Part shown: positions 51,818 through 64,000 of the stretch, in pieces
Numbering within the stretch: the first letter of the stretch is position 1
Layout: every line of letters begins with the position of its first letter
Assembly: GCF_006345805.1 (NCBI RefSeq)
Contig: NC_043000.1
Span: 86,180,001 to 86,244,000 of the forward strand
From: Octopus sinensis
Taxonomy: Eukaryota
Direction: 5' to 3'
Length of the DNA: 64,000 nucleotides
Notes under the pieces: model-generated
The model's input: the letters and a program-made list of their open reading frames with translations, nothing else
What the model was told of the DNA's origin: nothing
Database searches by the model: none
Program-made: the position numbers and the translations under genes

Positions 51818-52962
51818 CATTATCATATCATCGTTTAACGTCCGTTCTCCATGCTAGCATGGGTTGGACGGTTCGACTGAGGATCTGGGAAGCCAAAAGG
51901 CTGCACCAGGCCCCAGTCTGATCTGGCAGGGTTTTTACAGCTGGATGCCCTTCCTAACGCCAAGCACTCCTTGAGTGTAGTGTGTGCTTTTTACGTGCCA
52001 CTGGCACAGGTGCCAGGTGAGGCTGGCAACAGCCACAATTGGATTGGTGCTTTTTATGTGCCACCGGCACGGAAGCCAGTCAAGGCGGCGCTGGCATCGG
52101 CCACGTTCGGATGGTGCTTTTTATGTGCCACTGGCACAGGGGTCACAAATGCAGTTTCCATTGATTTTTGATTTTGGTGTACTTGACTCAATGGATCTCC
52201 TCAAGCACAGGGTTGAAACAGTGTTTCTTTACTTGCCACCTGCACAGGAGTCAGTCCAGTGGCCCTGGCACTGCCGAGTGCCAGTCATAGGATTGGTTCA
52301 ATTTCGATTCCGATTTCACTTGCCCCAACAGGTCTTCACAAGCAGAGTTTAGTGTCCAATGAAGGGAGGTTGGCATGGGTGCCTGTTGTCGGATGAGGTT
52401 CGATTTCGACTTCGCTTGCCTCAACAGGTCTTTGTGTGTCTAAGGGAGGAAAGGCATGCATAAGTGGGCTGGCTGGGATGGATTCACTTGTCCTGCCGGG
52501 TCTTCTCACGCACAGTATATTTCCAAAGGTCTCGGTCGCTAGTCATTGCCTTGGTTAGGCCTAAAGTTCGAAGGTCGTGCTTCACCACCTCGTCCCAGGT
52601 TTTCCTGGGTCTACCTCTTCCACGGGTTCCCTCAACTGCTAGGGATTGGCACTTTTTCACACACCTATCTTCATCCATTCTCGCCACATGACCATACCTG
52701 CACAATCGTCTCTCTTGCACACCACAGCTGATACTTCTTAGGTCCAACATTTCTCTCAAGGTACTTACACTCTGTCGAGTATGTACACTGACATTACACA
52801 TCCATCGGAGCATACTGGTTTCATTCCTCGTGAGCTTACACATGTCCTCAGCAGTCACGGCCCATGTTTCACTGCCATGTAGCATGGCTGTCCGTACACA
52901 TGCATCATACAGTTTGCCTTTTACTCTGAGTCTGCCTTTTACTCTGAGTCTGTCTTTTACTC

Positions 52963-52965
<3 letters not shown>
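51818..52965 (-). mobile_element. 3' fragment of the same RTE family
   Basis: ORF 52484-52885 reads MLHGSETWAVT...RYGHVARMDED...GRGRPRKTWDEVVKHD. It has the same 3'UTR and tail as 22691. Confidence 0.9.
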
Positions 52966-53007
<42 letters not shown>

Positions 53008-53009
53008 CA

Positions 53010-54170
53010 AATCATTCTTCTCTACTGTGGATGAACAGGAGACTTACTTTTCATGAATTCAAGCAAGCTATGAAGCAAATGAGATCAAAGAAGTCTCCAG
53101 GTCCAGATAACATCCCTTTCAGATATTGATACAATGGAGGACTTTTCAATCTTAGTAGACTTCGATCTTAACACACATGCAACACATCTCAGAACTGCAA
53201 TATGCATATAACATTGCTGCCCTCTGTCATTCAAAAGAACTCCAACGGTCTGTGAACAACTTTGCTATGGCCTACCACCACTTTGGCCTTACAGTAAACA
53301 TCAAGACAATCAAGATCTTTGCACAATAAGCCCTAAATGCCATCGTGCCAGATTTTGATGTTACCATCTCTGATACAACTCTCGAAAAAGTAGAGCATTT
53401 TCTATATCTAGGCAACCTTTTAGCAAACAAGTTCACCTAAGAAAAGGATGTGGAACACAGAATTGGAGCTGCACATGGGGGTTTTAGAACAATAATGTAG
53501 ATCTTAAGAATGAAAATTATGATTTATTAAGCTGTTGTTATTTCAACCTTGCTATATGGCTGTGAAACCTGGACTGTATATCGTTGTGACATTCAAAAAT
53601 TAGATCACTTTCTCCAATAAGAGCTTTGTTCAATCTTCAGTATCAAATGGGAACACTGTGTGACCAACAATAAAGTCCTAGAAAGAGCTAACAGTCAGAG
53701 TATCGAATTGTTGATCATGAAACGCTATTTTCAATGGTCAGGACATGTAGCAAGAATGGAAGAGTCAAGGTTCGCATGTTAAGTTTTATTCAGTGAGCTC
53801 ACTTCAGATCACAGGGTTGGTCTCCTCAAAGATACAAGGATCAATTCAAAGCAGCACTCAAAGCCATTGGAATTGAGCCTAAATTGTTTGAAACACAACT
53901 CTGAGACTGTACAAAGTGGCAATGTTCCATCACCATCAGAACCAAAAACTTCAAAGCTGCCTGAATAGAAAAGGAAGGGATCAAATGATAGGAGAAAAAG
54001 GTTCAACAAAATCAACCTCGTCCTCCATCAACATTGCCATGCAGTCAATGCCATTGACTCTTCTATGCAAGAATTGGTCTACAGAGTCATTGATGGCATC
54101 ACTATAAAGAAAATGTTCAGTAAAGAAGAATACTCGGATATGAGATAGAGCCAATGCTGACAATTTATAT
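53010..54170 (+). mobile_element. Decayed RTE-BovB-like ORF2 3' part, internally deleted
   Basis: KSPGPDNIP is joined directly to YNGGLFNL. It also has FGLTVNIKT, YLGN, LLYGCETWT and WSGHVARM, with many stops. Confidence 0.8.
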
Positions 54171-55458
54171 ATTATCATCATTTAATGATCCGTCCATGCT
54201 GGTTGGAAGGTTTGATGGGATCCAATGAACTAGAGAACTGCATTGACCTCCAATGTTAGTTTTGGTATAATTTTTTATAGCTGGATGCCTTCCTAATGCC
54301 AACTTTACAGAGTGTAATGGTTGCTTTTTTTATGACACTGGTACCAGTAAAGTCACTAAGTAAAATGCAAGACTAAGGAAAGACACTCAACTGAGTGTGT
54401 TTGTAGTAGAGAGAGATGTGGTTTTGTGCCAGGTGTCAAGAGTCTAAATATAAAAAGCACACTCAATATAAGCAATAACGTGGTTATATTTTTATATATC
54501 ATCAAGTAATATATTACTAGTTATGGCATATAACTGGTCAGAATTACACCTAGGTGAAACCAATGGTAGCATAGTGATCAGAGCCATGACTGTGTGATTA
54601 AGAAAAGGAGAAACAAAGAATATAAAAAATGACATTGAAAGGAAGAGGTACAAGCTTCTATACTGGCATGAATTTGCAACACAGCAACACTACATCTATC
54701 ATAACTCATATAATCTTACTTGTAAGGTTCAATGTTTTATGATCAGACCCAAATATCTGCATAGTCTCCACCTTCCTTACTGCAGGCATCAACTTTTAAT
54801 CGCACTAGATCATACAGGAATAGTCATCTCATTAAATATCAATCAATCGCTTTGAAGCTTAACTATTTTCTTATCTCAGTTTCACATAACATGCACACAC
54901 AGCTTGCATAAAATATGTGTACAACAAATATGGAAACAGTAATTTGAATATGATGTTTACAATAACAGTAATACAGAAATGACTGACAGATTCAGATTAT
55001 GTGCAGTTAGATAAGCAGAAAACATGTATAAACTTTTATTATTCAGTACCAGTGATGACCTAAACATTTCCATCAGCAGATGGCATTTGTTTAACTATTA
55101 CAAAATACACTCCCTATAAAGGAGATGATTTTTATTTTCAGACCAACGTGGGAGTGGAAGTTATCTTGTTAATAAAATCATATGATGCTTTGGGTTTTCT
55201 ACATCTAAATATCACAAAACAAATGTTGGTCTTCAAATAGCCTGAGGTTTAAAGAAACATCAGAAAGGTTGAATGCTGGTATCTGTTTAGTGGCTCAGTT
55301 TATTTAAATGTATTGCATGAACCAGAAAAGAAAAGTTGAATAAGAAAATGATACACCTAGTTTATCAACTATTAATAAGTAATAATAATAATTAATAATA
55401 ATTAATAATAAGTAATAATAACCAGAATATGAAGTAATTGGAAATGAAAGGTACTCAC

Positions 55459-55565
55459 GCTTTGTCTTTGTCACGCCTGTTGATCTCAGCACCATTTACA
55501 ACAAGAAGTTTACATATTCCTAAGTGACCATGGTATGAGGAGTAAAACAAAGGTGTCTCCTTCTG
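55459..55565 (-). CDS. Internal coding exon of an ankyrin-repeat protein (host gene, identity unknown)
   Basis: Minus strand: ttattttattttgtttttacag|CAGAAGGAGACACCTTTG...GACAAAGACAAAGC|gtgagta. It translates without stops to QKETPLFYSSYHGHLGICKLLVVNGAEINRRDKDK(A), matching the ankyrin consensus TPLHxAxxxGHxxxVxLLLxxGAxVNxxD. Strong polypyrimidine acceptor (NAGNAG) and GTGAGT donor. Confidence 0.82.
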
Positions 55566-55602
55566 CTGTAAAAACAAAATAAAATAATTCTGTCACCATC
55601 AC

Positions 55603-55634
<32 letters not shown>

Positions 55635-56573
55635 CCATTATCAGTTTCACGATCACCTTTCCATGTTCACATAAGTCAGATGGAATTTGTTGAGGCACAT
55701 TTCCGCAATCAGACACCCCTCCTATCACAAACCCCCACATATTTCCTAATAAGATAATGTTTCTTCATGACTGGACATGTTTTCACAGCTGATTGAAAAT
55801 GAAGAACATTTTGTGTGCCAGGGTTCTTGTTTGCAACTATGATGTCAAGACAAGGAAACACAAACACGCACACAGACACATTCACTCACACACACACATA
55901 CACACACACATGCATGCACAGATACACACACATACATACACTCATATACATAAACATGTACATTGGGCTTCTTTCAGTTTCCCTCTGCTAAATCCACTCT
56001 CAAGGATTTGGCTAACCCAAGGCTATAGTAAAACCACTTGCCCAAGGTGCTATGCAGTGGGACTGAACCCAAAACCATGTGGTTGGGAACCAAACTTCTT
56101 AACCACACAGTTACATGTGCACCTAAGAATATAAAAATATGAAAACGGCTTCTTAAAATAAAAATAATAAAGCAGTGTTATTTAAGTGATGCTGGGTTTG
56201 ATGAGATTGGTTCACATACTTAAATGATGTTAGTGTTTAGAATAGAATGATGTACATATTCATTCTTAACATGTACTGGTAGATCTGAACATGAATGAAT
56301 ATGTTAATCACTGTTGTATTTTCTTTGCATTCTCTTAGATGTTGTGTATTCATAACACAATTTGCATAACTCCTATTCTTGTGTCATTCATTAATTGATA
56401 TTATTATGCTGTCTCTCTTGCTCTTATTTATAAGGGGTTACATGGCATGCTTAAAGCAGAATTTAGCACCACCACCCACAAGTCCTGGATTTGATTTGTT
56501 TGACTAAAAAACCCTTCAAGGCAGTGCTCCTGTATGGCTGCAGTCAAAATGACTGAAACAAGTAAAAGATAAC

Positions 56574-56644
<71 letters not shown>

Positions 56645-57156
56645 GTATGTATGTATGTATGTATTCAGAGTTCAATGGCTGAAGACTAGCCATGCATTTA
56701 AAACTCAGAGTACCAAGGATTCTGAATCAAACTGTTTTGATCTATGCATGTAACTCCCAATAAATGTGTTGAGTGCCCTTCTTTCATTTGTCTACTCACT
56801 TGTATATATACATACATACACACACATACACACACATATACACATGCATACATATAACTGTTTGGCAAATGAATTAATCTGAAATGGAGTACTGAAAATG
56901 AAGTAATTATAACACAGAAAATTAATTAAAAAAACTTGCATAAGCATGTAAAAAACTGTTGTATTCACTTTCAATTATTCTTTCTTGAGAGTGTCTTTTA
57001 ACTTTGAAGTGTTAAAAATTTCACATCACTACATTCACCTGGTCACTGAAAATTCTACTGCATCTACAGAGATGTGGCAATCATAATTTAACAATATATT
57101 GATTGATCAGCTCTATAAGCATGCAGATTACAGGCCTTTGAAAGACATCTGTTAAA

Positions 57157-57199
<43 letters not shown>

Positions 57200-57479
57200 G
57201 CGCGCGTGCACACGCACATACATACACACACGCATACACATGCACACACACACTCACATGCATGCACACACATACATAGACACACATATCCACTTATTTA
57301 TGTAGAGAGAGAGAGCAAGGGAGACAGCATAATAATATCAGTTAATGACACAAGAACAGTAGTTATGTAAACATCTAAAGCTTAAGTATACTGAGTTCTA
57401 ACAACTAGTCATTAGTATTGCTCAGCACGCCAAAAAAAAAAAAAGAAAAAAAGAAAAAGACTGTGTTTGGGTATGTTTC

Positions 57480-57700
57480 TTGAAGACTTGAAGAAGATAG
57501 TATTATCAAACATGAAGCACAGCCTCTCTTGGTCTTGTGACCACTACATCACATCACACTATAAAGGCTATGCATTTGCAATCCAAGAACAGAAGATTGC
57601 AATGAAATATCTAATAAACAAAAGAGACAGTGTAGCCCTTGGAGTTCCAAGATGCAACTGAAAATATAGATTGTCATATTTCTGTGGAAGACATTACACA
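57480..57700 (+). mobile_element. Possible R4/NeSL-like (RLE-type) non-LTR remnant
   Basis: ITSHYKGYAFAIQEQKIAMKYLINKRD resembles the EG.I.AIQ(D/E)Q.I.T motif upstream of the CCHC in RLE elements. Confidence 0.4.
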
Positions 57701-57712
57701 TGATTAGCAGCA

Positions 57713-57755
<43 letters not shown>

Positions 57756-60700
57756 TTGTATGTATGTATCATCATTATCATGTATGTATGTATGTATGTA
57801 TGTATGTATGTATGTATATATGTATGTACATGTATTTTTGTATGTATATCTTTTGTATGTATATCTTTCTTTGAGAAGGCGAAGGCAATAGAATATTTTA
57901 TTGAATCTAGCAGATTACTTCAATGCTCTGAGTAAAATGTAGCCAAGCTTGATTTTGCCTTTCATTCCTGTTGCAGTGTTAATAAAATAAGTTCCAGTAA
58001 GATATAAACAGAACCATTGAAAGGCCAGTGACATTCCAATCACTTTAACCATGAAAAATGTCTCTGTTACCACATCTGTAGGAAATAAATTAGTAGGGAT
58101 GATGCAACTTTTGTAGGAAGTGATGTTACAAAGAGATTTATAGGTTACCACTAGAGTTAAGAGTTTTAAATATTATCTTTTGATCAATATTGAACCAATC
58201 AAATTTCAATAGTGATATCAGGCCTCAGTTTATTGAATATAAGATAAATGGCAGCATTCTAAATATATAATTAGCAAATATTTAATCTAGTGAGGCCAAA
58301 AAAGAAAGAATGGACAAACTACCAGTACAGAGCTGTTAAAAACCTAAAGGAAGATTAAACACATGTGCTGGAAATGAGGGTCTATGATTAGTTAGAATTT
58401 ACCTGGGTTATAGATAACAGCATCTACAAATTTATTGAGACTAGAGTGTTACTCATCCATCATATGACAGATAATACTCAGAGACGTGTTTTTGCTTAGG
58501 TGAGTAGTATCAAGTAATATTGTATTTGTATGATAGTTATAATTTTGCATAAAAATAAGGAAATGAAACTAATTTTTTAAAAATAAAAATATTTATTAAA
58601 TTAAACTGAAATTATATAAAACGAAACTCATATTCATATATTTGTGATGACATACATTATCAATAATGCTAATACTATTGAATTATCAACTAAATAAGTT
58701 GATAGATAACTAAATTACATCTTACCTAACATATGTCACAAGGTGTAAAATTCAGCAAGCTCTGAATTATCTCTATTTGGGAGATAAACAAACAGAGGTA
58801 GTTGGTGAGGCACAACCAATTATATTAGTTGACACTGGTAATTGAATTCATCATAGAATATTACCAATAATTTGTTTTTGCAAGTTCTTGAGGGATAAAA
58901 AATAAATTGATTCTGGCTATATTTACATTTCAAAACTCATGACACCAAACTAGATACTATAAAACTTGACAAAATCTTGTTTTCCTCAATGTATCTACTA
59001 TTGAAATGGATTTGAATATATGTTTTTAGAATGAATAATATACTTAGATTTTACCAGAGTTACAACAGCCATGAATCTTTAAAGTGGTTGGGAAAGACTT
59101 CTGGTAGAATATTATCATTTCTGTTGTCAAATCATTAAGCCTAATTAGATTGGAGGCATTAATGCAAAGCTATGCATCAAGAAAACATCATACAGCATGA
59201 ACTAACAAGACAATCTTCCTGTGCACTTCCCTTCAAACAGTGACTTTAGTAACTGAACATCTGCTGTGAAAGACTCCACATTTGCTGCTCCTTTTGTTTC
59301 TAATTGCAGACATTTAATACTTTAACTTCTACAAAATTCAATTAAGACACATTTTGGAGTACTTCTCATATATCTGGCATGGCGTTATTGCTACACACAC
59401 AAACATCCAAGGCTTCAACTGAACAACTGGCTCCAACCAAATACTACAAGTTTTAACTAACGGATAAGCTATCTCTTCTCTTTTCTCTATAATGGCATGG
59501 CATCTACTCTCAGTTTGTTCATCCCTCACCATATGCATTGTAATTTCTCAGCCTGCTCCCACTACCACTGCAACATGTCCTTTTGTCCAGGATATCATAG
59601 CCCTACATGACCCTTGTTCATTTTTTCATGATATAGACTGCTTCATATGCATCTCAAAAATATGACCCCTGTGGCATACTGTATATAAGAGAAATCAGTC
59701 AGAAGCTAGCCTGTCATTTTATGGAATATTTATTGAACATCTGATCCATTGAACCTGTGGCTCTTCAGTACTTCAGGCTACTCCTACCAACATCTTTCAC
59801 TTTGTAAGCCTGTACAATACTATAGTAATCCATTACCTGAGTTGTACAATACTATGATGACCCATTACCTAACTTGTACAATACTGTAGTTCTCTTTACC
59901 TGACATGTACAATACTTTGGCAACCAAAGTAACTTCTCACCCGCTAACAACTGCCAGCCCATGTACTTAACACCTTCCTTTTCTGCCAATACATTCCTGC
60001 ACATACTTCACCTCCTATCCACACTCTATGAAACTTTATTCACATGACCTACACATTATCCCACCTGAATCATAACATCCTCACAATTATTCCCCACTAT
60101 TATACATACACAGATCTTCACACACAATCATTGTATCACACTTGGTTCCTTATTCTCTTTCTTATGCACACATGCTTCCCATTACTTATGTCTCTTAACA
60201 GAGTTGCTCTTCTCTGCAGGAAACCATTAACTATACTAATTTCTCTTGTACCATTCCACTTTTATTTTTCCTTTCATATTCTTCATTTCTCTTCTATTTT
60301 GACAAAGGACACCTGTCCAAATCTTTGGTATCTCTTCCTTCTCTTCACAGCATAATTACATTAATATTGTATTCATATTTGCAATGTTTTTATTTGTTGT
60401 TTTTCTCTGAGTGTATTTTTTGGTTTTTATATTAAAGTAGATATACATTTACCCCATAGATATACATTTATCTTACTAGAATTACCAATAATGAATTTAC
60501 TGAATTAGTTGCTAATCTTCTTTGCCCAAGCCCACTTAACTCCCTTATTTCTCCTTCCTTATCACTCCTACAATTCTCACCTCCTAGCTACCATGCTAAA
60601 TATTTTGCCCTAACATTCTTTCCCAGAAGTGATAATCTCTGGAATTCGCTTTTTGCTTGTTTTTTACTTTTGAGAAATCAGCCATCAACAGATCAAATTA

Positions 60701-62419
60701 AACATCTACCAAAGTCTTGGACAGCCTACAAAGTTAACAGGCACTGCCTTTTGTCATTAAACTTGTTCAAGAAGTCCAAAGTCAAGATAATATTTCATTG
60801 AAAAGTTTTATATCAGAGAGTAAGATGAGAGTAAGAAAGTGAAAGAGCAAGTGGATATTTAAAACAAATTAGAACAACCACAACAAATATGACTGAAATA
60901 TACTGTGGCAAGCATTAGCTGTTTATGTAAAGTCTGGAACAGATTTAGAATGTTCTAAGTTTGCTCAGCTTTGTTTCTAGTTTAGGCCAGATAACAAAAG
61001 CAATTTAAATTAAATTGTCATACTTCAAAAGTTCTACAAGTTCATAAGTCTAATGCAGCAATTTGCAATAAATAGTTGAATTAAAATTGAATACAGCAAA
61101 CTCTTTTACATGTGGGATATAAGAAACCATTAAACATCATTAAATCTGACAAACCCAGAGAAAATATATTATCTAGAAGCTATTAGAAGTAGCATAAATA
61201 CTAGAAGAATATCATGTTTCAGATGCAATTCATGGATCACTAAGATTCTATAATAACTGCTTTCAAAATTCTATGGCTCTCATGAGACACTTTCAACAAC
61301 TCAATAATCTTCATAGTTAATTCTGAGTGAAATGAAAAAGACAAATATCAACAAGAAATATACCTTTGTGGTCTTTGAAGGTTAACTACATGAAGTATTT
61401 TGTTGAACTGTCTTAAAGCAAAAGAAATATACAATTAGCTAATGGAAGACACAAGTAGACATGCATGTTTACCTTCTACCAATCACAGATGCAAACAAGT
61501 AGGCACATTAAAAGAGTAATATCATTTTCAGAGTCAAACTCTAATTTTGTAACCAATCCAATATCATATAGAATCATTACACCCATCAATATCCATGGTC
61601 TATGTGGAGCAGTCAATCTCTGAAGGGTTTTGTAAGAAAGGTTGAGTTGTAAACAAATTTTTTCACTAAGGTTACCTAAATTATGTATCTTAAACTTTGG
61701 TTGGTTGGCTGACAGGGCAAAGATTTACTCTTCTTATTTAAAAATTGGATGTTTTCTAATGTTATTAAAGAATCCTCCCCACTCTGGAAAGAGTCATAGC
61801 AATGGTTTGAGGAGGTGATGACACATTTATGTGCTAGTCTTGTCCAACAACATGGAGGTTTAACAAACAGAGATTGATAAATTATGTGTCCAATGACTGA
61901 AACTAGCATAAAAAGAATATTAAGAGGCCCATAACTTCTTTCATAAGAGCAACATCCTGATGATAAATATAAGGATCAAATTAACCATTCTTACAACAAG
62001 AATAAAAATGTTACAAGATATGATATAAATACTTTGTTAGCAAAATCTTTTCGAATTTCAGAATCTCACTGTCAATATATAATTATTGATATATAGAATT
62101 TTATATCCATTTATACATTGGATATGCAGATTCCATGAAGTGGTGATGGACACAACTGTCTTCACACCACGTACTTCAAATTACTCTACTAAACACGATA
62201 CTCCAATAAGTACAAACTGTCAACAATCTCAATGACTTCCTACAACTTCCATGAACTCTGAATGACCACTATGGCTTCTCTTGTCTCAACCAATACACTA
62301 TTCTTTATAAGAGTTCAGCTAGTCCACTCTTTTGTGTTCCCAATTTTCGCCGCTTATATATCATTTTGCTTATTTGTTTTGGTACTATTCCATCTTTCCA
62401 ACCTTCCCTTCCATTTTTA

Positions 62420-63520
62420 TATATTTTGAAAAACACCTTGTCACTGATATTAAAATACTTTGCTGTATTTTTAGTGTTTTTCCTATTTGTTTTTCTTACT
62501 GGTAACAGCTTATCAAAAATCGGCTTTATTTTTCAAGCAAACATTAGTTCCACAGGTACTTGCCTGAACAAGTATTTGGGTTTGGTGTTATCCTATAAAC
62601 CTTCAAGAACTGTGTTAATGCTGCATCATCGACTAGCTCGTTTCTTGATTTCTTTCATGCTCTTTTAAATGTATCCACAAACCGTTCCCTTTATCTGTTT
62701 GATCTTGGGTGATATGGTGGAATAGAAATGTGTTCAATTGAGTACATTTTGCAAAATATTTTTAAACTCATACACCATAAACTGCATATCGTCATTGGAT
62801 ACTATGGTGTCTGGGACACCATATCTTGCAAAGAGTTCATGAAAAAATTCTGTTGTTACCATTGATGTTAGTTTCATACATCTACATATTTCTGGGCGCT
62901 TAGTATAACTATCTACTACAATCAGATAATATGCACCATTTACTGGTCTAGTAAAATCTATATGAAGTTTGGTCCATGGACTGTCAGTTTTAGGCCACAG
63001 TTGGAATTTTACTGGTGGTGACTTGGCTGCAAGGGCACAACATCTGCAGGATTTCACTGACTCTTCAATATCACAGTCCACTGTAGGCCAATATATGTAG
63101 CTTCTCATTAGTGATTTCATTCTCAAATTCCCTGGATGACCAATATGAAATTCCTTTAATAAATGCTTTTGTAATGCAGCTGGCACTATGATTCTTTGTG
63201 CATATCTCAACACATTGTCACACAGTGAGAAATGATTTGCATTTGTGTTGCACATATTTTTGTTTTCTTTAGCCTTCAGTGTTTCTTTCATTTTTATAAT
63301 GAATTTATCATTCTCTGAATTTGATTTTATGTCTGGTAACATAACTGGCAGTTCACAAATAGTGTTACACAAAACATTTTTAATTTCATTTTCCGCTTGC
63401 AAAGCCGCACTCACAGTATCTTTGAATGGTTCTGTAGTTTTTGAAATCGATCTTGATAATCAATCAGCATGGCCTAATTTCTTGGATGGTATATACTCCA
63501 TCTTGAAGTTGTAGTTTAAT
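62420..63520 (-). mobile_element. Gypsy-like pol remnant (end of RNase H, HHCC zinc finger, integrase core)
   Basis: ORF 62734-63414 reads LLKEFHIGHPGNLRMKSLMRSYIYWP...CRCCALA...PWTKLHIDF...LIVVDSYTK...GVPDTIVSND. It continues frameshifted to FLKVYRITPNPN...PVELMF. Confidence 0.88.
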
Positions 63521-64000
63521 AGTATTGTAGCCCAGTGTTGTAACCTATTAGCAGTATAGGTAGGAATTCCTTTTTTTCAACCCAAATATCGATAATAATT
63601 GTTGGTGTTCAGTCTATAGCTGAAAACTTGGACCATGCAAAAATCTGAAATTTTTCACAGTAAAACAATGTCTCAATAACTCAATAATTTATTCATCTAA
63701 CCCTTGCTAGCATTAAAAAATAGGCATAAGATGAAAGAAGGAAGAAACAAAGTAACAAACTTCCATTACTTTCTGTTGAGATGATATGTTGATGTTGAGT
63801 GAATGTTCTGTTGGCTAGAGCTGAGACCTGTTAGAGACATCAATGCATAAACCTTTTATTAAGTTTCTCAAATGAAATGATGGAAGAAGAAGACACAAAA
63901 AAATTTTATATTGCAGACGTAACCAATCCCTTTCAGCTGCTATTAATAAAGATTTTGATTAAATCTACTTATGAAGATTGAGATTAAATGAATTTAGTTA

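Noticed and set aside
61676-61909. 77-aa minus ORF with splice-like ends
   Set aside because: An in-frame stop sits at the putative donor and no domain is recognisable.

Overview
AT-rich, repeat-saturated eukaryotic DNA with no prokaryotic features, operons, rRNA or CRISPR arrays. It is most likely coleoid cephalopod (Octopus-like); this is inferred from the tRNA-derived SINE families, RTE LINEs and microsatellite load, with no database check. Most of the window appears to be intronic or intergenic. The only host exon I can support is a 107-nt ankyrin-repeat exon on the minus strand (55459-55565). The rest is a mosaic of RTE LINEs (one family carries a PHD-type zinc finger inside the RT region), Tx1/L1-type pieces, Gypsy remnants and a solo LTR, mariner and maT transposase relics, non-autonomous Helitrons, TIR MITEs, Penelope-like fragments and SINEs. 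Best leads: (1) several minimal type-I hammerhead ribozyme motifs in short Penelope-like elements, at least one with an intact core; (2) an ORF1-only (HAL1-like) retroposon with a 17-bp TSD inserted in a SINE head; (3) a Tx1-type LINE sitting inside a (GATA)n array; (4) a degenerate HDV-like ribozyme at the head of a short bipartite RTE; (5) several local inverted duplications that could form dsRNA. Almost all short ORFs in the supplied track are microsatellite or antisense-TE artefacts. Family names come from motif recognition only, and boundaries of old decayed elements are approximate.
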